A stretch of 62,856 nt of DNA, filler included, from Eubacteriales bacterium (GCA_045636665.1; 4 parts of 3 records of this genome joined end to end with filler, not necessarily neighbours in it); one strand, 5' to 3'; shown: positions 1-10,039, counted from the first letter of the whole stretch. The notes: a model not told the origin generated them from the letters alone. Program-made: numbers and translations.

Positions 1-28
1 AGAGGGGCTTTTTATAAAAAGCCCCTCT
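1..28. terminator. Perfect inverted repeat, possible terminator of the aldo/keto reductase gene or a REP-like palindrome
   Basis: AGAGGGGCTTTTT-AT-AAAAAGCCCCTCT, 28 nt past the stop of the 57..1169 gene; any U-tract would lie outside the window. Confidence 0.45.
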
Positions 29-56
29 CTCGTATTATTATATCATATCAAACAAA

Positions 57-1169
57 TTAATTTTCAAACTTGTCAGCGGCGTCCTTTAAAAGGTCGATAA
101 TAGGAAGCTTTTGCGGACAGATGTCTTCACACTGACCGCACGCGATACAGTCGCTTGCCTTGCCGCGTGCTCCGCCGGTGGTAAATCCGTACCACCAAGC
201 ACCGCCGTAGGTAGAATAGCGGCGAGAGTTGTTCACGATGTTGAATATCGAGGGAATCGGAATTTTGCTCGGACAGCCCTCGGTACAATAGGAACAGCCT
301 GTGCATTGAATTGTATCATAGCTTTCGATAATCTTTACAACCTCGTCGATTGCCTTGAATTCGGCATCGCTTAAGGGCTTGAAATCGGTCATAAACGAAA
401 GGTTATCTTCCATTTGCTCGATATTGCTCATACCCGAAAGCACCATAAACACGCCTTCAAAGCTTGCGGCATAGCGGATTGCAAAGCTTGCGTTACTGCC
501 GCCGAAGGGAGAAAGGATTGCGCTTGCTTCATCGGGAATGCCTGCAAGACTGCCGCCCTTGACAGGCTCCATAATTATTATCGGCTTGTTGTGCTTGCGG
601 CAGACCTCATAGCAAAGCTTGCCTTGGACACCGCTGTCGTTATAGTCGATATAGTTGAACTGAATCTGAACGACCTCGATTTCGGGGTATTCGGTAAGGA
701 TTTGGTCAAGCACCTCTGCGCTGTCGTGGAAGGAAAGACCGACGTGCTTGATCTTGCCCTCTGCCTTAAGCTCAAAGGCGGTTTCATACGCCTTGCAGTC
801 CTTGAATTTTTGGAAGCTTCTTGCGTTTTGCGAGTGCATAAGATAAAAATCGAAATAGTCGACACCGCAAGCATCAAGCTGAGCTTGGAAAAGGGGACGG
901 ATTTCCTCGTTCGTTGTGAAATAAGGACTCGAAAGTTTATCGGTCAATATGTATTTGTCACGCGGATAACGTGACGTAAGCGCCTCACGAAGCGCAGGCT
1001 CGCTTTTTTTGTTAAGGTAGCCGTGTGCTGTATCGAAATAGTTAAAGCCTGCAGATATGAATTTATCGACCATCATGCAAAGCTGCTCAATATCGACAGA
1101 ATCATTTTTCATGGGGAAACGCATACATCCAAAGCCGAAATTCTTTTTAACTTCAGGGAAAACGCTCAT
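57..1169 (-). CDS. Aldo/keto reductase family oxidoreductase with C-terminal 4Fe-4S dicluster domain
   Basis: GFGCMRFP, NYFDTAHGY, GLSFHD, IMEPVKGG motifs; CTGCSYC..CP and CIACGQC..CP ferredoxin motifs. Confidence 0.92.
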   Translation of the reverse strand: MSVFPEVKKNFGFGCMRFPMKNDSVDIEQLCMMVDKFISAGFNYFDTAHGYLNKKSEPALREALTSRYPRDKYILTDKLSSPYFTTNEEIRPLFQAQLDACGVDYFDFYLMHSQNARSFQKFKDCKAYETAFELKAEGKIKHVGLSFHDSAEVLDQILTEYPEIEVVQIQFNYIDYNDSGVQGKLCYEVCRKHNKPIIIMEPVKGGSLAGIPDEASAILSPFGGSNASFAIRYAASFEGVFMVLSGMSNIEQMEDNLSFMTDFKPLSDAEFKAIDEVVKIIESYDTIQCTGCSYCTEGCPSKIPIPSIFNIVNNSRRYSTYGGAWWYGFTTGGARGKASDCIACGQCEDICPQKLPIIDLLKDAADKFEN

Positions 1170-1192
1170 ATTTAAAGGCCTCCGTGTTTTAT

Positions 1193-1239
1193 GTTTTTTG
1201 TTATTTTACACGTTTTTTGTTATTTTACACGTTTTTTGT
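1193..1239. repeat. 19-bp tandem repeat, about 2.5 copies
   Basis: GTTTTTTGTTATTTTACAC at 1193-1211 and 1212-1230, partial copy at 1231-1239. Confidence 0.85.
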
Positions 1240-1250
1240 ATGTTTGTCAA
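1222..1250 (-). promoter_or_regulatory. Sigma-A type promoter for the aldo/keto reductase
   Basis: Minus strand TTGACA (1250-1245), 17-nt spacer, TAAAAT (1227-1222). Confidence 0.65.
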
Positions 1251-1255
1251 TCGTT

Positions 1256-1717
1256 TTACAAGCCTTGTATTTCGATTCGTCCGTACTGCGATATGTACTT
1301 TTGGGCTTTACGGCTTTTGATGATATATCCGTAATCGATATTACCGTTTTTGTCGATATGCCAAAGCCTGAAATATTTGCGGAAAATCCTGCCGGAATTG
1401 ATTCTCACTATTGAATAACTGCGCTTGAAATCCATTATCTCAACATCGATTTTGTCGATATCCTTCCAAAGCCATTTTTTCGTTTTCGAGTCGAATGCAA
1501 AGCGAATTTCGACCGATTTGTTATCGAAGCGGTAGCAATAGGGAATGCTTCGCAGGATAAAGAACAACACAAAGGCAACGATACCGAAAAACGGAACAAA
1601 AATAAGTATTTTATTCGTGCTTGAAGGTGTTTTTATTATAACGCTGATAAAAGCCGTAAACGTAACGAGCCAGCTGATGACGTTAAATACAAAACTTTTG
1701 TTGATAACGCTTTTCAT
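1256..1717 (-). CDS. Hypothetical membrane protein (two N-terminal TM helices and a soluble C-terminus)
   Basis: ATG with upstream AAGGA; two hydrophobic segments; co-directional with ABC genes. Confidence 0.7.
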   Translation of the reverse strand: MKSVINKSFVFNVISWLVTFTAFISVIIKTPSSTNKILIFVPFFGIVAFVLFFILRSIPYCYRFDNKSVEIRFAFDSKTKKWLWKDIDKIDVEIMDFKRSYSIVRINSGRIFRKYFRLWHIDKNGNIDYGYIIKSRKAQKYISQYGRIEIQGL

Positions 1718-1770
1718 CCTTTGTATCCTTTCAAGGTTGTTTTTTATTTAAAAAATCTCCTTAAGTATTT

Positions 1771-2676
1771 TTACCCTTTTGCCTTGCCGCCCTTAAACTT
1801 GTTAAGAAGCACGTAAGCCGTCATAATGACCGTAATCGTTACGGCGATAACGCCAAACATCGCGCCGACGCTTACCTTTTCGTCAAGGAAATAAATATTG
1901 CAATCGACGACGTTGCGAAGCTCATCAATTGCACTTTCGGGGATGCCCTTTTCGGCAAGCGCGTCCAAGGCGCCGCCCAACGCGTGGTTGCGGAAAAGCG
2001 AGGTCGCGTAGGTGCCGGGGAGGAAGGAAATGACCGTTTGCAAGCCTTCCGAGAATTGGGAAATCGGCATATAAGCACCGCAAATAAAGCCGTAGCAGGA
2101 GCTTACGATACTGCCAACCGCAGAAATCTGACCTTGGCTTGAAAGGAAAAAGCCGATAAGTGACGAAAGTGCCGTGCCGAACAATACGGCAAGGAAAATA
2201 TCAAGGATGAGGAACAAAACGTCGGCAACAGAAAGATACCAGCCGATCGCCGCAACATAGATCAAGCCCGCACAAAGTGCTACGAGATTGATAATAAGCG
2301 TTACCAAAAAGGTTGCGGCGTAATAGCTTACGGCAACGTGGGTATGCTTGACGGGCGTAACCGAAATATCGTTGTAAGCGCCGCTTACCTTGTCCTGAAC
2401 CATAAGCATATTCGAGCAGAAGGCAACCGTAATACAGCTTACCGCCAAAAGGGAAGAGATAAGCTGACCGCCGACACAGCCGTCGATGATATTCGATACC
2501 TCGTTTTGCATAAATTCGGGTATCGACAAAAGAAAGCTGTCGCGGTAGACGTTGCCCAAAAACGTGGTGTAAAGCACCAACAAAATAAGCGGAGTGATAA
2601 GCGACGTGAAGAAAAGTCCCTTGTCCTTAAAGAAAAGCTTTATATTACGGCGAATGAGCGCTTTGGTAGTTTTCAT
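1771..2676 (-). CDS. ABC-2 type transporter permease
   Basis: Multiple TM helices; RRNIKLFFKDKGLFF and FICGAYMP motifs; overlaps the stop of the ATPase gene. Confidence 0.9.
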   Translation of the reverse strand: MKTTKALIRRNIKLFFKDKGLFFTSLITPLILLVLYTTFLGNVYRDSFLLSIPEFMQNEVSNIIDGCVGGQLISSLLAVSCITVAFCSNMLMVQDKVSGAYNDISVTPVKHTHVAVSYYAATFLVTLIINLVALCAGLIYVAAIGWYLSVADVLFLILDIFLAVLFGTALSSLIGFFLSSQGQISAVGSIVSSCYGFICGAYMPISQFSEGLQTVISFLPGTYATSLFRNHALGGALDALAEKGIPESAIDELRNVVDCNIYFLDEKVSVGAMFGVIAVTITVIMTAYVLLNKFKGGKAKG

Positions 2677-3581
2677 TTCTCATCACCTCCCAATTCTTTG
2701 CCGGTAACCGAAAGGAATACGTCGTCCATATCGCCCTTTGTTATCTCGTAATCATTGAAAATTTCGGGATGCTTAATTATCAGCTCGGTCGCAAAAGCGG
2801 TATTTTTCACCATTACGATAAAAGCATCCTTTTCCGCACGGTAGGGGCAGTCAAGCGCCTTGACCGCATCTTCGTTAACGCCGTAAAGGGTGATAAAGTC
2901 GCCCGTGTAGCGATTCTTAAGCTCGTGGGGAGTACCCTCGGCAACAATACGGCCCTGATCGATAATAATTACGTTGTCGGCATCTGCCGCCTCCTCCATA
3001 TAGTGGGTAGTGAGGAAAACTGTCATCTTTTCGTTCTTTTGGAGCGTGCGTACAACGTTCCAGACCGACGAGCGTGTTTGGGGGTCAAGTCCCGTTGTCG
3101 GCTCGTCGAGAATAAGTATTTTCGGCTTGTGAATAAGCGCACGCGCAATATCTATCTTGCGGCGCTGACCGCCCGAAAGCTTGCCGACGGTGCGCTTTAA
3201 AAGCGGCTTGAAGTTAAGCAGCTTGTCAAGCTCTTCGATGCGTGACTTTAGCTCGTCGCCGAAAATGCCGTAAAGCGCGGCGCGGCTTTTGAGGTTTTCA
3301 TAAACGTTTAATTGCTTGTCAAGCACCGAGCTTTGGAATACAACACCGATATCGCGCTTGATTTCGGTAATATCGCCGTCGATATCGTTGCCATTAACGG
3401 AAACATTGCCGCTGTCCTTTAAAAGACGACCGCAAATTATTGATATAGTGGTGCTTTTGCCTGCGCCGTTTTGTCCTAAGAATGCAAAAAGCTCACCCTC
3501 GGTAACGGCAAAGCTTATTCCGTCGACGGCTTTTACCTCGCCGAACGATTTGTAAAGATTTTTAATTTCGATAATGTTCAT
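2673..3581 (-). CDS. ABC transporter ATP-binding protein (export type)
   Basis: Walker A GQNGAGKST, signature LSGGQ, Walker B ILILDEPT, H-loop TTHY. Confidence 0.96.
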   Translation of the reverse strand: MNIIEIKNLYKSFGEVKAVDGISFAVTEGELFAFLGQNGAGKSTTISIICGRLLKDSGNVSVNGNDIDGDITEIKRDIGVVFQSSVLDKQLNVYENLKSRAALYGIFGDELKSRIEELDKLLNFKPLLKRTVGKLSGGQRRKIDIARALIHKPKILILDEPTTGLDPQTRSSVWNVVRTLQKNEKMTVFLTTHYMEEAADADNVIIIDQGRIVAEGTPHELKNRYTGDFITLYGVNEDAVKALDCPYRAEKDAFIVMVKNTAFATELIIKHPEIFNDYEITKGDMDDVFLSVTGKELGGDEK

Positions 3582-3608
3582 AAATTTTGGTCCTAATTAG
3601 TTTTTCTT

Positions 3609-4061
3609 TTATTCTATTATAATCGGTTGGTCGATAAAACGCAACAGCGCAAGATTTGTTCCTACCGCGATGCCGTAGGTTAACGGCGAAGCGTACGTTT
3701 CCTTCAGCTTGGTTCTTTTTCCGTTATCGATATAGATGGCAACCTCAAGCGCTTCGCCCTGACGTGTTTCGTAAGTATGCTCGCCCTTGATGCTGCCCGT
3801 TTTTACGGGATAAACGTCTAATCTGACCACTTTTCCGCGAAATTCCTTTGAGGTTAAAAACAAATGAATTTTCGTTTTCTTTACCGCCAATGCAAACAAG
3901 CCGATGGGGATGAGGTAAAAAGCCGAGCTGACCGAAAAAACGGTTGTGAATTTAAAAAGCAAAAAGGTAACGAGTCCGATAAGCCCGACAGAAATACAGA
4001 AGAAAAGAATCGCTTTTCGTTCGCGCTCCTTTTGAATCTTTTTTGCTTCGTTTAAGGTCAT
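3609..4061 (-). CDS. Hypothetical membrane protein
   Basis: RBS AAGGAG upstream; two TM segments then a beta-rich soluble region. Confidence 0.75.
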   Translation of the reverse strand: MTLNEAKKIQKERERKAILFFCISVGLIGLVTFLLFKFTTVFSVSSAFYLIPIGLFALAVKKTKIHLFLTSKEFRGKVVRLDVYPVKTGSIKGEHTYETRQGEALEVAIYIDNGKRTKLKETYASPLTYGIAVGTNLALLRFIDQPIIIE

Positions 4062-4063
4062 AA

Positions 4064-4627
4064 TTAACTCCTTGATTCCTCGACTTCGTCAAGCTCGTAA
4101 TATTTGGTGTTATATACCGCAATCGGAGTGTCTGGCATATCGTCGTAGACGAAAACGTAGCATATATCGCCCTCGGAGTACAAACAGGTTTCCTCCAACG
4201 AAATAACAACGCGTCCGCAACGGTAAAGGTACATTGCGTGTTCGTAATAGCTGTGTCTTCTTTGATATATGTATTTATCTTCAACAACAACGCGCTCGAC
4301 TGTGTCGGTTATAAGCGAATACGAGCCCGAAACTATCGCCTTAAGACGGCGGAAATTATAAGCGGCGCATATCAAAAAGACGATAAGCGGCAACGAACTG
4401 ATGCCAAAGGTCAACAGAAGATACTTTGCGCCCTCAAGACCGCTTAATTCGCCGAATAAAATAGATAAAGGAATGACGAAAACCTCGACAACGCCTAATA
4501 AAATCGCGTCAGCAATTATGTCCGCCTTTTTATCGGATATGAACTTTTTGTGTTTTTCTGCCGGATTGATTTTCTTTTTGCCGTCTTGTTGATCCGGGTT
4601 AAGACTCGGGCTTTCATAGTTTGCCAT
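4064..4627 (-). CDS. Hypothetical membrane protein
   Basis: ORF with two TM segments, 2-nt gap to the next gene; start uncertain (ATG 4627 or TTG 4645). Confidence 0.7.
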   Translation of the reverse strand: MANYESPSLNPDQQDGKKKINPAEKHKKFISDKKADIIADAILLGVVEVFVIPLSILFGELSGLEGAKYLLLTFGISSLPLIVFLICAAYNFRRLKAIVSGSYSLITDTVERVVVEDKYIYQRRHSYYEHAMYLYRCGRVVISLEETCLYSEGDICYVFVYDDMPDTPIAVYNTKYYELDEVEESRS

Positions 4628-4649
4628 ATTAAATCTCGCTTTCAATGTT

Positions 4650-5294
4650 TTAGCCGTTGCAAATGCCGCCTATCTTTTCGATCAGCTTATCGGCAAGTGC
4701 ATCTGCAGGGAGATAAAATTCAAATTCGGTATCGCTTCCGTCGATAACCGAAACGAGCTTGCATTTGTAAAGCTTTTGCGGAAAATCAATGCTTTCCTTC
4801 GAAAATGCTTTTATTTCGGTATCTAACGAGGAAATGAGCCTGTCGGTTCTTACGTCGCTTAACATATCGTAAACGCTTGTTAAAACCGTGAAATCCTTTT
4901 TATCAACCGAAACCGCGGTTATGAAATAACGGCTCGTTCTGATTTTTTCGTCGCGTCCGCGCTTGAATCTAACGTCGCCGCCGTCGCGGATGAAGCCCGA
5001 AAACGTCGAAAACTTATCTTCGTCAATCTCGGTTTTGCCGATGACGAGGTTTTTTAATCTTTCGGCTTTGAACTGTAAGGTTCTCGTTTCGATAAGCTCG
5101 TCGACAGCTTTGTCCGAAACCTGAATGTGCGAGGTGAGGAAGAAGGGAATCACACCGAGCATACAGAATATCATTCCCCAATATGAATTGCCGACGACGA
5201 TGCTGAAGCAACCGTATCCGAGCAATCCGCAAGAAATTGAATAAATGACGCGTGTTATGTTTTTTCCGAAGTAACGGGCATATTTTTTGTTCAT
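4650..5294 (-). CDS. Hypothetical membrane protein
   Basis: RBS AAGGAG; two N-terminal TM segments and a soluble domain. Confidence 0.75.
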   Translation of the reverse strand: MNKKYARYFGKNITRVIYSISCGLLGYGCFSIVVGNSYWGMIFCMLGVIPFFLTSHIQVSDKAVDELIETRTLQFKAERLKNLVIGKTEIDEDKFSTFSGFIRDGGDVRFKRGRDEKIRTSRYFITAVSVDKKDFTVLTSVYDMLSDVRTDRLISSLDTEIKAFSKESIDFPQKLYKCKLVSVIDGSDTEFEFYLPADALADKLIEKIGGICNG

Positions 5295-5303
5295 AAAAGC
5301 TCC

Positions 5304-6641
5304 TTAATCCTTAACTTTTCTGTCAAGACAATCGCGATTTAATCCGTTCAAAAAGCTTTGACCCGTATGTATACGGTAATCGGCAACCGTGTCGCCGTTG
5401 TCAAGCTCGCCGTATTCGCCGTCGCGGTTTTTATAAACGAATTTTGCATTGGGGTTGATTATAAGTATTTTTTGGTATTTTGAGTCAAAGCCGAAATTGA
5501 ATTCTTCGGTATAATGCCACCAGCGAATACCTGCAAAAACGAACGCGCGTATCAGAATACCGCTTCCGTCGTCGTCAAGCACGATGGGGATCGATGCCTT
5601 TCTTGCACCGATAAGCTTGCATTCAAAGGTTTTTCCGTTTGCGGTCACGATAAAGGTCGGTTCCGACATAAATTTATAAGGCGATTTTATTCTGCCGAGC
5701 TTATATTTGTTTTCCTTGCAGAGCTTTTTAAGGCGTTTTATAAATTTTCTGCGAAGGTTAACGCGTCGGAAGGATATAAAGATGATAAGAAAGATGATGA
5801 CCGCGGCAATGATTTTTCCGAAAAGTCTTGGGAGGGCTGCGGCGATAATCGCGATTATCGGACCGAAAAACGCAAGTATAAAGGGCGAAAGAAGAAATCC
5901 GAAAACGGGAAGCAGCGCATACATCAAAAGCTTGTAAAACACCGCCGAAATCGTTCCCGCAACAGAATAATCCGGCTCGGGAAGCTCGGCGTTTGCGGCG
6001 GCAGGATTGTTTTTGCTGTGTACCAGCGTTACGATTCGCATCGTCGCCAAAATGGGAGGCGCCATGACCATTTTCGAGGAACCGCCGATACCCTTTGTGC
6101 TTTTCTTTTCTTCTTCGGGCTGTTCAAAAATTATGCCCTTTCTGATTCTGCGTCTTGTACGCATCCAAATTCGGTATGCGCTGTAGCGACCGAGAATATC
6201 GAGCAAAATAACGCAGGGGAGCATAAATGCAAGCGCGTATATTTTTGCGTCTGTACCGTACACAAAATAGAGCGCGGCAATATCGCTTGCAAAGGGGAAA
6301 ACAAAATCGAGGTCGAAAATTGCGACAACCGCAACAAACGTTAATACGTCGCACCAAAAATAGGGCGATTTGAACAGCATTTCAAAGAAGCTCGGTTTGT
6401 TTTTTGCGGTTACAAATTCCTTTCGCGCTCTTGTGTTATAGGTCGTGATAAGCTTTGAAAAGGAATAAACGGAAAGCGCGAACAAAACCGCGGCAATCAT
6501 AAGGTGTATCGTTGCGGTTTCTCCGCCGTATTCGTTGGGACGGGAAAAGCGATAAGCCGCATAGGTTATCAAAATGTTTACCGTAATAAGCGCCAACGAT
6601 TTTAAAAACGTATTTGCCGCTTTATTAAGTTTATCCTTCAT
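5304..6641 (-). CDS. Hypothetical polytopic membrane protein with soluble C-terminal domain
   Basis: 445 aa, about 6 hydrophobic segments, RBS GAGG, tight operon spacing. Confidence 0.8.
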   Translation of the reverse strand: MKDKLNKAANTFLKSLALITVNILITYAAYRFSRPNEYGGETATIHLMIAAVLFALSVYSFSKLITTYNTRARKEFVTAKNKPSFFEMLFKSPYFWCDVLTFVAVVAIFDLDFVFPFASDIAALYFVYGTDAKIYALAFMLPCVILLDILGRYSAYRIWMRTRRRIRKGIIFEQPEEEKKSTKGIGGSSKMVMAPPILATMRIVTLVHSKNNPAAANAELPEPDYSVAGTISAVFYKLLMYALLPVFGFLLSPFILAFFGPIIAIIAAALPRLFGKIIAAVIIFLIIFISFRRVNLRRKFIKRLKKLCKENKYKLGRIKSPYKFMSEPTFIVTANGKTFECKLIGARKASIPIVLDDDGSGILIRAFVFAGIRWWHYTEEFNFGFDSKYQKILIINPNAKFVYKNRDGEYGELDNGDTVADYRIHTGQSFLNGLNRDCLDRKVKD

Positions 6642-6664
6642 TGCTTTAGCCCTCGCTTGAAAAA

Positions 6665-7168
6665 TTAATAAGCTTTTCTTTTATATGCCTTGTTGTACGC
6701 CATAACCCACGCCAAAATATTAAGTGCCGAGATATAGAAGGGAAGAACCAACAAGCAAACGATTATCATAACGACGCTTGAGCCGCTTGAAAAAACGGCA
6801 GGGAATCCGTAAAGGAATGCTAATTGCATTATGGGTGAGAATATAACGATGAATGAAACGACAATAGAAATGATAAATTCAAGCTTAAATTCCTTGGTGT
6901 TTAAAATATAAAGGCATTTCCCCTTAAAATCACCGTTGAAAATCTTTTTTTCTTCCGATTCATCGCCCTTGTGGTTCTTTTTCAGCTTATCCGAGCGCAA
7001 AAAACGCGCGCTCGCAACCAAAACAATGCTTATAACGATAACCGAGGGAAAGGTGTACCCGATATAGGACATACCGCCCGACGCAAAAAGATAATTCATA
7101 TTTGCATTGATAATAAATCCGAGGGCGTAGAAAATGACCGCCGCTGTGATTTTTCTGAAGAAGTTCAT
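6665..7168 (-). CDS. Hypothetical membrane protein (about 4 TM)
   Basis: RBS GGAGG; hydrophobic segments. Confidence 0.78.
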   Translation of the reverse strand: MNFFRKITAAVIFYALGFIINANMNYLFASGGMSYIGYTFPSVIVISIVLVASARFLRSDKLKKNHKGDESEEKKIFNGDFKGKCLYILNTKEFKLEFIISIVVSFIVIFSPIMQLAFLYGFPAVFSSGSSVVMIIVCLLVLPFYISALNILAWVMAYNKAYKRKAY

Positions 7169-7199
7169 TGCTTTCCTCCGATTCGCTTTTTACAAAGAA

Positions 7200-7225
7200 A
7201 GCCCCTTTGATTTCGCAAAGGGGCT
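7200..7225 (-). terminator. Rho-independent terminator after flotillin gene
   Basis: AGCCCCTTTG/CAAAGGGGCT stem followed by a T-rich tract on the minus strand. Confidence 0.7.
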
Positions 7226-7244
7226 ATTTGATTATTAGGTGACG

Positions 7245-8660
7245 TTATTCTTCAACTATTTCCGCATCAAGCGCTTCAACCGCGGGAGCGGGAGCTTCTT
7301 CCTTCTTCTTGCCGAGGTATTCGGGAAGCGCGAGGCCCGAGAGTGCAAATACCTCTTCCAACGGAGGAACGCTCTTCATAAGACCGGACAGGAAGTTTGC
7401 GGTGCTGGTCTTGCCGTCGGAAGAAGCGCCGCCGTTGTCCCAAACGGTAACCTTGTCGATCTTGATGTTCTTGATAGCGTCAACTTGGATTCTCATAAGG
7501 TCTTCAAGCTTGTCGGCGATAAGGAGCTTCAAAGCCGCTTCTGCGTCGCCGCCTGCAGATTTAACGATTTCCGCAAAACCTGCCGCTTGCTTGCGAAGGA
7601 TTTCTTCCATACCGCGTGCTTCCGCTTCCATTCTTGCATAGATAGCGTCTGCTTCACCCTTTGCCTTGCGTCTGATTTTTTCAGCTTCTGCTTCGGCTTC
7701 AAGCTCGATTTGACGTTTTTGAATTTCGGTCTGAACGATAACGTCGGCTTCAAGAGTTGCCTTTTCACGCGCAGAACGTGCCTGTTCTGCTTCTTTTTCT
7801 GCCGCGTATGCTTCTTCCAATGCCTTTGCCGCTTGGATTTTTTCTGCCGCGGTAGCAATTCTCAATGCTTCCGCTTGCTTTTCGCGGAGTGTTGCATTGG
7901 ACATTGCGATTTCGGTCTTTGCAAGGTTTTCACCCTGAATAGCTTCTGCATCCGCCTTGGAAACGTTTACACGTTCGTCCATTTTTGCGTTTGCCTGACC
8001 GATAGAACCGTCGCGTTCCTTTTCGGCAACGCTCTTCTTAGCGTCGTTGATTGCCTTTGCAGCCGCTTCCTTACCGAGCGCTTCGATATAGCCCGATTCG
8101 TCGGAAATGTCGGTCATATTAACGTTGATAAGACGAAGACCGATCTTTTTAAGCTCAACCTCAACGTTGCGGGATACCGCTTCGAGGAATTTATCTCTGT
8201 CGGTATTAAGCTCTTCAATGTCCATCGTTGCGATGATAAGACGGAGCTGACCGAAGATGATATCCTTTGCAAGCTCTTGAATTTCTGCCAACTGAAGACC
8301 GAGCAAGCGTTCAGCGGCGTTTTGCATAATGCTGGGCTCGGTAGAAATACCTACGGTAAAGCGAGAGGGTACGTCTACACGGATGTTTTGTCTGGAAAGT
8401 GCGCTTTTAAGGTCAACGGGAATAGAGAGGGGAGTAAGGTCTAAGAATTCATAAGCCTGAATAACGGGTACGATGAATGCCGCGCCGCCGTGGATACATT
8501 TCGCCGATCTTGTACTGCCGTCTTTGTTCTTACCTACTCGACCGTAGATGACCATAATCTTATCCGAAGGACACTTTTTGTATCTCGAAAAGAACCAAAG
8601 GATAAGCGAGAAGAGAAGGATGCCGATAACCGATACAAGAATTACTGTAGTTGTTCCCAT
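7245..8660 (-). CDS. Flotillin family (SPFH domain) protein
   Basis: N-terminal TM, RYKKCPSDKIMVIYG, SPFH core, Ala/Glu coiled coil (EAEAEAEK). Confidence 0.93.
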   Translation of the reverse strand: MGTTTVILVSVIGILLFSLILWFFSRYKKCPSDKIMVIYGRVGKNKDGSTRSAKCIHGGAAFIVPVIQAYEFLDLTPLSIPVDLKSALSRQNIRVDVPSRFTVGISTEPSIMQNAAERLLGLQLAEIQELAKDIIFGQLRLIIATMDIEELNTDRDKFLEAVSRNVEVELKKIGLRLINVNMTDISDESGYIEALGKEAAAKAINDAKKSVAEKERDGSIGQANAKMDERVNVSKADAEAIQGENLAKTEIAMSNATLREKQAEALRIATAAEKIQAAKALEEAYAAEKEAEQARSAREKATLEADVIVQTEIQKRQIELEAEAEAEKIRRKAKGEADAIYARMEAEARGMEEILRKQAAGFAEIVKSAGGDAEAALKLLIADKLEDLMRIQVDAIKNIKIDKVTVWDNGGASSDGKTSTANFLSGLMKSVPPLEEVFALSGLALPEYLGKKKEEAPAPAVEALDAEIVEE

Positions 8661-8709
8661 TTGTGAACCTCTTTCTGTATGTTTATAGTGCTTATTTAAT
8701 GACGTTTAA

Positions 8710-9330
8710 TTAAATTCTGTGCTTTCTTCTTACGATAAGCGTTTCTTCGCCGGTGATTCCGACAACGGTGATTTCTTCGTCGCAGAGGATCATCGTTTCT
8801 TCATCGGTGACGGCAAACTTTTCGCAAAGCTTGCCTTGGATTATTGCGTTTATCTTGCCCTTTCCTGTACGAGCAGGGGGTATGCGCATATAAACCGTAC
8901 CGCTTACGCCCAAGGCGTCTTTAATATCCTCGGTGCCGTCGTATTGAAGCTTGAATAACATTCTCATAAGCAGTGCGATCACAACCATTGCAACGAAGCC
9001 CGATGCAACCGAGATAAGCACCGACCACGCAAGATGTAATCCGCTGCCCGAACATATCGCGCCGACCCAGCCCATGACCGAGAAGAAGGCGATAATACCG
9101 CGAAGCGTAAATACTCGTAAACCGCCGTCAAGCGATTCGCCCGTGTCGTCTGCATCGTCAAGCTCGATTCCGTCCGATTCACCTTCGGCATTAACGTCGG
9201 CATCGCCCTCGTCACCGCCGAATCCGATAATGGTAAGCACGGTCTGAAGGAATAGAATTAACGTTGCGGGGATAGCTATGCAGGCAAATACCTGACCTGC
9301 CGAGCCGAGTGATATCCACCATTCTGCCAT
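8710..9330 (-). CDS. NfeD-like membrane protein (flotillin partner)
   Basis: TM helices plus a C-terminal OB-fold motif (GTVYMRIP..GKGKI); directly upstream of flotillin. Confidence 0.85.
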   Translation of the reverse strand: MAEWWISLGSAGQVFACIAIPATLILFLQTVLTIIGFGGDEGDADVNAEGESDGIELDDADDTGESLDGGLRVFTLRGIIAFFSVMGWVGAICSGSGLHLAWSVLISVASGFVAMVVIALLMRMLFKLQYDGTEDIKDALGVSGTVYMRIPPARTGKGKINAIIQGKLCEKFAVTDEETMILCDEEITVVGITGEETLIVRRKHRI

Positions 9331-9359
9331 AAAAACAATACCTCCTTATGTTGTGTCAA

Positions 9360-9914
9360 TCAATCCAAGGTTGAAAGAATTTCATCGGCGCGCTTTCTTA
9401 AGGTAGCCGATAAATAGGCATTCAGCATAACTGCCAAAACCTTTTGGAGCCGTTTCTTAGCTCCGGGGAAGGGCTCTTTAAAATCGCTGATTACCGTTTC
9501 GATGTGCGATGCGATATATTTTTCATCGGCAACCGGCTTTTCAAGTCGGCTTATTGCATCGATAAAATAGAAATAAAGGTCGCAGTCATCGATAATATCG
9601 TCGCTTTCGTCATCCAAGCGTCCGTTTATATAGGATAGCAAGCCGGTAATCTTTTCGATTTGCAAAGCTTCGCGAAGCATATTGATTATTGCTATTCTGC
9701 AAAATTGACGTTTAGAATACTGTTTTTGTACAGGCGGCGAAAGAAATCCGCGTTTTACCCAGTTTTGGATCATATACGGCTCAAGCCCCGTCATACGGGC
9801 AACCTGAGACATCATCAGCCCTCCGCAGATAAATGCGTTGCTAAGCACGTCCTTGGCAACGTCGGCGTTCGGTACCGCGATCTCGATCGTAGTACCGGGA
9901 AGTCTGTCGATCAT
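9360..9914 (-). CDS. DUF1836 domain protein (putative MerR-like HTH regulator)
   Basis: MSQVARMTGLEPYMIQNWVKRGFLSPP..KQYS pattern typical of DUF1836. Confidence 0.85.
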   Translation of the reverse strand: MIDRLPGTTIEIAVPNADVAKDVLSNAFICGGLMMSQVARMTGLEPYMIQNWVKRGFLSPPVQKQYSKRQFCRIAIINMLREALQIEKITGLLSYINGRLDDESDDIIDDCDLYFYFIDAISRLEKPVADEKYIASHIETVISDFKEPFPGAKKRLQKVLAVMLNAYLSATLRKRADEILSTLD

Positions 9915-9972
9915 CAGGAATCCTCCCTTCGTTTTTGTGAGTTAAAAACCCTTTTCCTTTTGCTGTGATTAG

Positions 9973-10001
9973 ATTGTACCACACAGTCGCGTGATTGTCA
10001 A
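9973..10001 (-). promoter_or_regulatory. Sigma-A promoter for DUF1836-nfeD-flotillin
   Basis: Minus strand TTGACA-17 nt-TACAAT with extended TG. Confidence 0.65.
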
Positions 10002-10039
10002 GAGTGTTCCGATGATTTTTTAAAAAAATTTTACCGATG

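Noticed and set aside
7245..9330. nfeD-flotillin pair as a novel system
   Set aside because: This is a well-known conserved membrane-microdomain operon.
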